A stretch of 64,000 nt of DNA from an uncultured virus (IMG/VR IMGVR_UViG_2513237125_000007). Lineage: Duplodnaviria > Heunggongvirae > Uroviricota > Caudoviricetes. Shown in pieces: positions 56,455-64,000 of this stretch. Both the position numbers and the translations under genes were made by a program. Location: IMG/VR virus record IMGVR_UViG_2513237125_000007, positions 1 through 64,000 of that record; one strand, given 5' to 3'. The notes under the pieces were generated by a model, which was not told where the DNA came from, searched no databases, and saw only the letters and a list, made by a program, of their open reading frames with translations. Position 1 is the stretch's first letter. Each line of letters begins with the position of its first letter.

Positions 56455-56784
56455 TCACGGTGAGGTATCGCTGTCTTCCATTCCGCAGCCATCTGAGAAC
56501 CACGGCTGCCCCCTCCGTGCCGCCTGCACCCATGCCGCAACACAGCGCACTTGCGCCGCACACTGTTCATAGGCAAAACGCCATCCCAATGTCTGGTTCA
56601 ACACATCGCGGACGGTCTCTACACGCGGCAACTCCGGCGCCTCACACGGCTGCAACAACACCTGCGGCGGTGCGATGACTTCAACGCGGCTTTGCGTGAG
56701 GGTGACTGGCTTGACAGGAACCGCCGTCGAGCAAGCACCCAAGCACATCAGGCACATCCCTATCCAAAAAAGCTTTCGCCTCAT
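56455..56784 (-). CDS. o-spanin (Rz1-like lipoprotein)
   Basis: Lipobox LGAC; Pro-rich; overlaps the i-spanin gene. Confidence 0.75.
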   Translation of the reverse strand: MRRKLFWIGMCLMCLGACSTAVPVKPVTLTQSRVEVIAPPQVLLQPCEAPELPRVETVRDVLNQTLGWRFAYEQCAAQVRCVAAWVQAARRGQPWFSDGCGMEDSDTSP

Positions 56785-57142
56785 CGCTGTGTTGCTCCAA
56801 ATGTGTGATGCGCTGCCGCAATGCCCGGTCGCGCAACGTGATCCGATTCAGATCAGACTGCAAACCCGACATCGCGCGGCTGTCAATCTCCCGTAAAGTG
56901 CGTAACCGTCCAATTGCAGCGTCTTGCTCCATGTTGATCGCGACCTGCGCATCCAACGTGCTTTCCACCGCCGCTAACTGGCCTTCCAGCTGCGCCGCCC
57001 GCTGCGCTAATTGACTGCGCTCGGACCACGCCAGCACCGCATGTGCCACCAGCGCCACCAACGCACCAATCATCATGTACTCAATCAACAGCCGCACACT
57101 GGGCAAACGTGTTGCGACGCGACGCAGTGTATTAACGATCAT
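56681..57142 (-). CDS. i-spanin (Rz-like)
   Basis: N-terminal TM plus coiled coil. Confidence 0.75.
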   Translation of the reverse strand: MIVNTLRRVATRLPSVRLLIEYMMIGALVALVAHAVLAWSERSQLAQRAAQLEGQLAAVESTLDAQVAINMEQDAAIGRLRTLREIDSRAMSGLQSDLNRITLRDRALRQRITHLEQHSDEAKAFLDRDVPDVLGCLLDGGSCQASHPHAKPR

Positions 57143-57461
57143 CCGAACTCCTTCTCCCACCCCCCACTTTGGGGACTATGAAGCTTTGAATTAGGTCTAA
57201 ACTGGCAGAGGCTCCAAGCCAACCAAACACCCCCACAGTGACGGCTGTCAGTTGCTGGCTTAACTCCAGAGACTCACACACCCACATCGCAAACAGCCCC
57301 ACCAGCCCCGCCGCACTGGCTTCGATCAGCACACGCGCCCAGGTTGGTTTCTCACCGTTGTCTAGAGAACGCATCAGGTAGCCAAGTATCCCTGCCACCA
57401 TCGCAAGGCACGTGTAAAACGCTTCTTTCCACCAGGACATCATGCTCGAGGGATCAATCAC
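57132..57461 (-). CDS. Holin
   Basis: Three hydrophobic segments; GWLGA motif; lysis cassette position. Confidence 0.78.
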   Translation of the reverse strand: MIDPSSMMSWWKEAFYTCLAMVAGILGYLMRSLDNGEKPTWARVLIEASAAGLVGLFAMWVCESLELSQQLTAVTVGVFGWLGASASLDLIQSFIVPKVGGGRRSSDDR

Positions 57462-57948
57462 GGCGACCCTTTAAAGCAGCACGCCGTTGCTTCTCTTCAG
57501 CACGCCAGTCACTGCCTTCAAACAATGCACGTTCGGCGGCACGTCTGATGATTAAACCCGACTGGATACTGCCCCCCGCCCATTTCCACACATGAAACTG
57601 CTCCGCCGCACCAGCCACATCACCGGCATTGAGCTTGCGTAACAGCGTCGAGCGGTGGAACGCACCCGTACCAATGTTGAAGCTCAACGACACCAACGCA
57701 TCAAACTGCTGTTGCTTCAGTGGCACACGCACATAACGCCGCACCGCCGGTTCAAACTCTTTGGCTAATCGAGCACGTAACATCGCATCCGCTTCCTGCT
57801 CATTGGCAAGACACATATCAGGCGTCACATGCTTGCCCGTCTCGCCGTAGCCAATCGTCAACACTCCACCAGGACAGGTGTACGGGTTCAACTTGCAACC
57901 CTCAAAAAATTTGATCAGTGCAATGCCTTCTTCACCAATGGTCTGCAT
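57454..57948 (-). CDS. Endolysin, GH24 lysozyme
   Basis: Nearly identical to 17253..17753. Confidence 0.92.
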   Translation of the reverse strand: MQTIGEEGIALIKFFEGCKLNPYTCPGGVLTIGYGETGKHVTPDMCLANEQEADAMLRARLAKEFEPAVRRYVRVPLKQQQFDALVSLSFNIGTGAFHRSTLLRKLNAGDVAGAAEQFHVWKWAGGSIQSGLIIRRAAERALFEGSDWRAEEKQRRAALKGRRD

Positions 57949-58532
57949 GACACGTCCCGGAGACATTCATTGCCGCTCATCCTGCGCGTCTCCTCGGCGC
58001 ACGTCCTGTGACAGGTTTTCCGTGACGGGTGCCAGGGACTACCCCCAGCGAAATTCCTGACGTGCCTGACACTGATCCCAAATATCGCGGCAATGACATC
58101 CAAGGGCACACCACGACGCAAAAGCCCCACAACTGCACAATCCCGCGCATGGCGGGCAATGCAATTGCAATTGGCTGGCTGCAAAATCTCCCCACCGAAA
58201 ACATCCACCAGCTTTTGTGCATCCCCCCATCCCAGAATGGATACCAATCGGTGATGGGGTGACAAAACCTTAGGGACATACAAAATCACCTTGCCACTGC
58301 GGCGGCCTTTGGGATACGTACGCGGCAACTGACCAATCAGGGTTAACGCTTGCTCCCGTCCGATGACATCCGCCAACTCCTGCACACTGGCAGGCAACCT
58401 GGTAGCAACGGCGGGCCTCACCCCAACCCCTACCGCATCCCCACATCTCGCAACGGAGGGCTTCCCACCCAAGGACAAACGCGCCAGCAAGCGAGGCGGA
58501 TTGGAGCGTTGCAGAAAGCATGTTGTTTGCAT
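57915..58532 (-). CDS. Mor/C-family-like late transcription activator (N-terminus resembles the Q start)
   Basis: [21 protein letters not shown]...FGGE..RD..C-terminal [17 protein letters not shown]. Confidence 0.7.
   Translation of the reverse strand: MQTTCFLQRSNPPRLLARLSLGGKPSVARCGDAVGVGVRPAVATRLPASVQELADVIGREQALTLIGQLPRTYPKGRRSGKVILYVPKVLSPHHRLVSILGWGDAQKLVDVFGGEILQPANCNCIARHARDCAVVGLLRRGVPLDVIAAIFGISVRHVRNFAGGSPWHPSRKTCHRTCAEETRRMSGNECLRDVSCRPLVKKALH
58003..58021 (-). promoter_or_regulatory. Late-promoter motif copy upstream of the lysis genes
   Basis: GGAAAACCTGTCACAGGAC. Confidence 0.65.
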
Positions 58533-58677
58533 TGGTCACTCACCCATCACAAAAAAACATGGGAACTAGTATAACCCATTGATTGTAAAGAAGATTATTG
58601 GGTGATGCGGTGGCGCTTGCTTCCGTCTGTGTGGCAGTGGCTAGCTGTACGGGCGCGAGAATGGGGTGACTATTAAG

Positions 58678-59006
58678 GGGTGCACTAGCCACACTGTTAT
58701 TCGGGTCAATTTCCTATTTCTCCCTATATACGCTGTATATTTTTTATACAATGAGTTGGGACGGATAATAGAAAAACATAGGCAGAAACAGTGAGGGTAG
58801 TGCAACCTTGCACTTAATGCACTTCAAAAACGTGCAATTTCCTGTTAACCCCCGTGTATGGTGTACATATTTTATACAACGAGTTTAGATTGATATCGCA
58901 AAACGCAAGTGTAAGAAGTGCAGGGGTGCGACTGTAGGCGGTGCGGCTTTAACACCCTACAAACCCTCGGCATCTCGCTAACAGCCATTTGCGAGATGCC
59001 GAGGGC
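58678..59006. other. Putative replication origin 2
   Basis: AT-rich with several GTGCA/TGCAC repeats and a long hairpin at 58964-59006; same position as ori 1. Confidence 0.55.
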
Positions 59007-59022
59007 GCTGTACTTCTTTTCG

Positions 59023-61560
59023 TTACAGGTCAGCGCCCGTCAACGCGATGCCTTGAATAACTAGAAACATCCGGCGCTTCCCCCCTTCAGGGGTTTCATA
59101 CACATGCTTTTTCCTAAACTTCGGCACGCACCGCTCCAATTCGCCAAGGAAACGGACTTTGGATAGCGCGTAAACACCGCTGTCTTTGCACCATTGCGTA
59201 TAGGCAGGGTAGAGGCCACCACCCATTGGCGCGGTTAGCTTCTCCTCGTGCTCCATTCCTAATACGCACTCATCGCTAATGAACTGAGTAACGCGGTCCT
59301 GCTCCGTCTGATAGTCCTTGGAAGCGTCCCGCACAATCTCCGGAGGGTTCAACCCCTCCCTGTACCACTCCACCGCCCCCGCCACGAGCCACGCCAAGAC
59401 GCCTTCTCGTTCAGCGGCCAGCTTCTCAGTGATCTTATGGTCTATGGGGTATTGGGCGATCCCCGCCTCTACCTCTTCAGCGGTGCCGAAGCGCGCTTTA
59501 AACGGGATGAGCATCAGGCGACTCCAGATGCCCACGTCCTGCCCTTTGATCACCGGCTTATGGTTAGTCAGCAGTTGCAGCTTGTGCGTGGGCTGGAAAT
59601 CGAAGAAATCGGCACGCATATAGCGCGCCTTGAGCATATCGCCACCAGTGGCTTGCTTCACGAAGCCTTCTCGCAAGAGGCCGCCTTCGCTGGTTTCATT
59701 CACCGTTACCATGCGCCGTCCTACCAAGTCGGCGATCTCGGTAGGGTGCCGGTCGTGACCGGCATCCATTAACAGCCCAGGGGCGGCCACGCCCGCATAG
59801 CGGCCAAGAATCCCCGAGATCAGGTCCAGTAGCGTGCTTTTCCCATTGCGACCCATCCCGTACATCACGGCGAGCTTGTGCTCACGCACCGAGCCGGTGG
59901 CACAGTAGCCGAACCAGCGTTGCAGGAAGTCACTGAGTGGCTGCTGGGCCTGCCCCTCTTCGCAGGTAATACGTGCCAGTGTCTTTTTAAACACAGGTGC
60001 AGCGGCATCCGGCGTGTAGTTAACGGGAACGACCCGCGTCATGTAGTCCTCAGGGCGGTGCGCTTTGAGCGTTCCGGTGCGCAGGTCCACCGTGCCATTG
60101 GCACAGTTCAATAGCCAGGGGTCCGTGTCCAGCCGTTCCGCTTTCACGACCAACATACTTTTGGCCAGCGCCATCGCCGCCTCTACAGTGCTGCGCATTT
60201 CCGACTTCTTGCCCCATGCCTCCAGTGCAGCGGCGATCTTTGCGTGTTTGCTTTTCTCCTTCTCTGTGTCGGCGCGTTTGGTGCGCCATTGCTCCACTTC
60301 ACCACGAATGATTTTGGAGAGTTTTAACGTTAGCAGGCGTGCCGCATCCGTATCATGCGCCCAGTGGGTGCCTTCCCAGACGAACCAGCGCTCAGCAGAC
60401 ACCATGATCCGTTTGCCGTAGTGCTTGGCGATCCGCACTGCGTTCGCTTTGTCAGTGGTCAGGTACAGCGCTTCGGGCACGTCGTGCCTCTCAATGGCGA
60501 GCGTGGCAGGCGCGTCCGTGAGGTCCTCGAACATGGCTAGCATTTCCTCATCGGAATAGATTCCTATTTCGTGTAGAAACGCCGTTTGTGGCAGCCCTCG
60601 GCAGTGAGCGTGCTGACATACAAACGCGCCATTGGCATAACCTCCGGTGTGTGCGGGGTAATACACCGTGGCTGTGGGGTTAGAGGCTTGTGTATGCTGC
60701 GTAGCCAAGGGGCATTCGACAAAGAGTTCACCCGCCTTACCGCTCGATAAGATCATTCCGCGTTCTTCAAGGCGCACGGCCACAGGGTCGTTAGCCGCCG
60801 CCGCCATGAGCTTGTGTTGGCGGCTGGGTTTGCCTTCACTCTTGGCGCTTTCCAGGATCGCTGCATCAATCTCCAGCAATACAGAATCCTCAAGAAGGCC
60901 TTTCACAAAGCCGCTACGCACTGGCACCGGATCGGTGACACCGGCTTCAAACACGGGGGCGGCGGTGTAGTGGATTTGCACCGGATTAAATACAGAAGCG
61001 TCCAGGGCTGGAGCGCAGGCAGTGGCCCAGGCTTTGAGCTGTGCGCTGGTGTACGGCGTATGTAGCCAGAACCACACATGAGCTTTTAGCTTCCCTGCGC
61101 ACTCGCCCCGCCCCGCGCTACTGGATAACTGCCAATGGTAATCCGCACCTGCGAACCAGAACGGGAGATGTGCATGGAGGAACTCGCTGATGCTCCCCAC
61201 CGGATCGGCGACCGGATCAAGGCGCAGTGGCTCGAAGTTATCGATCTCAACGAGCATCCAGTGATGCGGGATATCCTCGTACAACTCGGCAATGCGCCGT
61301 GCTTTCCCCTTCTGGAACTCTGTATCCAGCGCAGCGGCTTTAACATCGCCCACATACGCCCCGCGAATCACGCAGGCATGGGGGTTATTCTCCAGCTCCG
61401 TGAGGAGTGCAGACAGCTCGCGACTATTGTTGAGCGATCGTTGCTCCACCTGGAAGAACTTGGCGTTGTCGTAGGCTTTCAGCGTGCCATCAGCGCACCA
61501 TGTTTTGGCGAGGGTATTTACGGGGTGTTTCAGGATTGTGATAGAATCATTCTTCATCAC
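59023..61560 (-). CDS. P4-family/D5 primase-helicase, second copy
   Basis: GMGRNGKST, KQATGGD, TNHKP; N-terminal ~270 aa nearly identical to the first copy. Confidence 0.9.
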   Translation of the reverse strand: MMKNDSITILKHPVNTLAKTWCADGTLKAYDNAKFFQVEQRSLNNSRELSALLTELENNPHACVIRGAYVGDVKAAALDTEFQKGKARRIAELYEDIPHHWMLVEIDNFEPLRLDPVADPVGSISEFLHAHLPFWFAGADYHWQLSSSAGRGECAGKLKAHVWFWLHTPYTSAQLKAWATACAPALDASVFNPVQIHYTAAPVFEAGVTDPVPVRSGFVKGLLEDSVLLEIDAAILESAKSEGKPSRQHKLMAAAANDPVAVRLEERGMILSSGKAGELFVECPLATQHTQASNPTATVYYPAHTGGYANGAFVCQHAHCRGLPQTAFLHEIGIYSDEEMLAMFEDLTDAPATLAIERHDVPEALYLTTDKANAVRIAKHYGKRIMVSAERWFVWEGTHWAHDTDAARLLTLKLSKIIRGEVEQWRTKRADTEKEKSKHAKIAAALEAWGKKSEMRSTVEAAMALAKSMLVVKAERLDTDPWLLNCANGTVDLRTGTLKAHRPEDYMTRVVPVNYTPDAAAPVFKKTLARITCEEGQAQQPLSDFLQRWFGYCATGSVREHKLAVMYGMGRNGKSTLLDLISGILGRYAGVAAPGLLMDAGHDRHPTEIADLVGRRMVTVNETSEGGLLREGFVKQATGGDMLKARYMRADFFDFQPTHKLQLLTNHKPVIKGQDVGIWSRLMLIPFKARFGTAEEVEAGIAQYPIDHKITEKLAAEREGVLAWLVAGAVEWYREGLNPPEIVRDASKDYQTEQDRVTQFISDECVLGMEHEEKLTAPMGGGLYPAYTQWCKDSGVYALSKVRFLGELERCVPKFRKKHVYETPEGGKRRMFLVIQGIALTGADL

Positions 61561-61692
61561 TATTCTCCTTTATTCAGGGCGAGTTGAGGTCACCCCCTCA
61601 GCCCGCCCTTTTTTAACTGCGGGGGTGGTTTAGTGATTTGAAAGTCACTCCTTACTAATTAAGGAGTACGGCCAGGTAGCCCGCCGGAGGCG

Positions 61693-62520
61693 TTAGCTAA
61701 AACGGCGATAAGTAACCCCCCTGACCTTTTGGGCAGCCTGTTCCAGGTGCGGGCCGAGGGCTTTTTCTGAGAACGCTTTACTCATGCGCTCGATCGCGGC
61801 TTTTGCGATATCTGGTAGATGCTTGCTTGGAAACGTTGGGTGTCTGACCCAATCGGCTACTTCGTCGCTAGTAAGAACATTGGTATGCAGCGTGACGGGT
61901 GTCAGCCGTAGCCTGAAGTCATGATCGAAATCCAATACCCAGCGATGCCATCTCAATAGTTCGACGAGTGCTGATGTGGCAATGGCTTCACTATCTTCCA
62001 ACCCTTTTGGGAATTCAGGCTCTTTTATTCCTGCGGACTCAAGTAGCCGTCTGACATCGCTAATCCAACGGCTATGAGCGGTGTTTAACTCCTCCATATG
62101 CTTACGGTCTTTGGAGTAGCTGCGCATCTGGTCGTATCCCAGATCAGGATGAACTGTGTACTCGCACGTCTTGCGGATCGAGGGGAGGACTTCCAACACA
62201 TCCAGCACCCAGCGACGAAACGCGGCGGCGACTGAAGTACGGGCAAACATCGCCACCAGGTGGCAGCCGCGAGGGCTGAAGAGTCGGACAGGTTTGTCTG
62301 AGTTGCCGCTTCCAAACCCCTTGGTGGCCAAATTGACCACCAAGGTCATTTGATAGGTGAACTCGTCGGAATGACGGTTGTAGATACGTGAAACGGATCG
62401 TTCATCGGCGTAGCCAAGCGCTCGGGCCAGATCGGCAGCCGTCAAGTACGGCATACCGTCACGGTCGATAATGGAAAGGGATTGGCCGGAAAAACACACG
62501 GCAGCAGGTAACTGCGTCAT
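61693..62520 (-). CDS. Bro-N-like antirepressor-family protein
   Basis: LTAADLARALGY..IYNRHSDEF..RLFSPRGCHLVAMFART..AFRRWVLD; AGGAG RBS. Confidence 0.8.
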   Translation of the reverse strand: MTQLPAAVCFSGQSLSIIDRDGMPYLTAADLARALGYADERSVSRIYNRHSDEFTYQMTLVVNLATKGFGSGNSDKPVRLFSPRGCHLVAMFARTSVAAAFRRWVLDVLEVLPSIRKTCEYTVHPDLGYDQMRSYSKDRKHMEELNTAHSRWISDVRRLLESAGIKEPEFPKGLEDSEAIATSALVELLRWHRWVLDFDHDFRLRLTPVTLHTNVLTSDEVADWVRHPTFPSKHLPDIAKAAIERMSKAFSEKALGPHLEQAAQKVRGVTYRRFS

Positions 62521-62583
62521 AAAACGTCTCCTGTTTCGTGAGATGACCACAGGAGGAACGTTCTTAGGCGCCGCACCTGTGGG

Positions 62584-62664
62584 TGTCGGGAGGCTAAGAA
62601 ACCGGAAACAGACGGCGGGCAGCTTTCCCCTTGCGGGTGTTGTATCGCTGCCGCCCTCCCGACG
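62584..62664 (-). ncRNA. C4/CI-like antisense RNA, allele 2
   Basis: Same scaffold as allele 1; exposed CTGTTTCC and TTCTTAG match targets at 62716-62734 and 62531-62567. Confidence 0.8.
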
Positions 62665-62748
62665 TAAAAACGTGCAGGCGTAAAAAAACCGCATGGATTT
62701 CGGATGCGGGTACCGCTGTTTCCAGAGTTCTTAGGCTCCTTACCGGCG

Positions 62749-62777
62749 ACGGTACCGCAGCGGTGAATGTGGGTCAA
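62749..62777 (-). promoter_or_regulatory. Promoter of C4 module 2 (TTGACC-17-TACCGT)
   Basis: Conserved with 22551-22579. Confidence 0.65.
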
Positions 62778-62876
62778 GCTCACGGTGTCACCGTGACTGT
62801 CGGCGAAGAAGCGCCTGCCCCTTGGTTGTTTTATGATGGGAACGCCAACATCCATCACACTGCAAGGAGAACACCG

Positions 62877-63131
62877 TTGAAGGTAGGCACCGTCCGCGCG
62901 ATGAATCCACGAAGAGGGATGCTTGTTATAGAGATTGATGGGTACGGCCATTTTTCAATCTTTGAGATACTTGACGGCGTCGATATCAAGATCGGCGATG
63001 AAGTCAGAGGAAAGCTGGACACCACAGGCAGCCAGAAGCTCATGCATTCGGCCAGCCAACGCTGGTTTGATGTCTATGGGGAAGGCGGGTACGCCAGACT
63101 CGAATCTGCATGCAAGTCCATCGGACTCTAG
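62877..63131 (+). CDS. Hypothetical moron protein (84 aa)
   Basis: AAGGAG RBS before a TTG start; opposite strand to the flanking operon. Confidence 0.55.
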   Translation: MKVGTVRAMNPRRGMLVIEIDGYGHFSIFEILDGVDIKIGDEVRGKLDTTGSQKLMHSASQRWFDVYGEGGYARLESACKSIGL

Positions 63132-63315
63132 CTCCCTATCCCGCTTCGCAAGCGTTCCGTTATCGGATTTCAAATCAACAAGGCCGCAAGCATATCCATA
63201 GCAAAACGCCGCTTGCGCAATGCCATATAAGTTGTTGGCCGGGGTACAACGCTTCCAAAGCCGGTACTGTCGGCGAAGAAGCGCCTGCATCTGCGCATCA
63301 AAATCATTACTCATT

Positions 63316-63544
63316 GCGCATCCTTCCCGAGCGCCGTTGGCATCGGACGTACGCTGAATGGGAAGCCGCTGCGGAGCAACACTTCAAACGCCTCAATGAC
63401 CAGGGCATCAGGACCGTCAAGGCCGAGATACGATCCGCTGACTTCGTTGCCTGGTGCCGGAGGACCGGCCGCAATATCGATAATAAGGCGCTTGTTGCCC
63501 TCGCCAACGAGGCTGCCTACAGGGTCATCAAAGGGAACCACTGA
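63316..63544 (+). pseudogene. Probable 5'-truncated hypothetical gene
   Basis: Protein-like segment TYAEWEAAAE..FVAWC..; no clear RBS or start. Confidence 0.35.
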
Positions 63545-63613
63545 GATATACATAACAACCTTTCCTCTTACGGTCATTCATACGGGTCAAGCTCACGCTG
63601 TCATCGCTTGCTT

Positions 63614-63862
63614 TCATTCTTGATTCCTTGAGGGCTTTTTAAGTCCCTTCAAATAAAGCACCACGCCTTCTCCAAGAGGCGAATGCCCATTCTTGGCCCG
63701 TAACAGATAAGCGTCCTTTAGTGCTTGTTTTGCAGCGTGTTCTACCGCTTCATCAACACAAGCCAGTCCATAGATTTGTGCGTATTGCTCAAATATTTTT
63801 CGATCAGCAGGGCTTAGATCAATTTCCACAGGGCCTCCAAAGGGCCTGGTTAGGCACTTCAA
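63614..63862 (-). CDS. Hypothetical phage protein
   Basis: Coupled to the upstream partial ORF. Confidence 0.5.
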   Translation of the reverse strand: MKCLTRPFGGPVEIDLSPADRKIFEQYAQIYGLACVDEAVEHAAKQALKDAYLLRAKNGHSPLGEGVVLYLKGLKKPSRNQE

Positions 63863-63999
63863 GCCGCGTCTACTTGCCGCTTATCATTCTTTATCGCAGC
63901 AGTGGCTACCGATAACGCCAGTGCACGAACCAACGCCGCCGGTTGCATCCCGTTGTAGTGGGCCAACGCATTAATCAATGCGTGCTCGGCATCGTTAAA
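63859..63999 (-). CDS. Partial hypothetical (possible DNA-binding) protein, runs off the window
   Basis: Open frame FNDAEHALINALAHYNGMQPAALVRALAL..DAA*. Confidence 0.45.
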   Translation of the reverse strand, partial: FNDAEHALINALAHYNGMQPAALVRALALSVATAAIKNDKRQVDAA

Positions 64000-64000
64000 A

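Noticed and set aside
62955..63314. 119-aa minus-strand ORF
   Set aside because: Its 3' half overlaps the better-supported plus-strand gene; it may be a remnant but cannot be supported as an intact CDS

Overview
The whole window is prophage DNA; gene content and proteins look like the prophage regions of Xylella fastidiosa or a related Xanthomonadaceae (my inference, not a database result). From left to right: (i) a degenerate tyrosine integrase followed by an attP-like site whose core is the 3' 50 nt of tRNA-Val(GAC); (ii) a P22-like podovirus late module (tail, ejection proteins, gp10/gp4, coat, scaffold, portal, terminase), lysis genes, a Q antiterminator, an ori and a P4/D5-type primase-helicase; (iii) C4-type antisense immunity plus a lambdoid cI/cro switch, then an early operon (DUF2800 nuclease, SSB, triple Bro-N protein, PolA, VRR-NUC, SNF2 helicase, Xis, Int); (iv) a second attP-like site; (v) a myophage late module with a P2-like contractile tail, a lambda-like head/terminase/cos, a TA moron, lysis genes, a Mor/C-type activator, a second ori/primase and a second C4 module. 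The most interesting unannotated signals are: a 63-nt structured element conserved beside both attP sites; two C4 RNAs whose specificity loops co-vary with their own targets; a five-copy 19-bp late-promoter motif that goes with a Q-to-Mor regulator swap; a gp10 gene split around an inserted Ig module; and ~40-kb-spaced direct repeats suggesting that one complete phage is nested inside another by homologous recombination. Several +1/+2 frameshifts and N bases may be draft-sequencing errors. All protein family calls come from motif recognition by eye.
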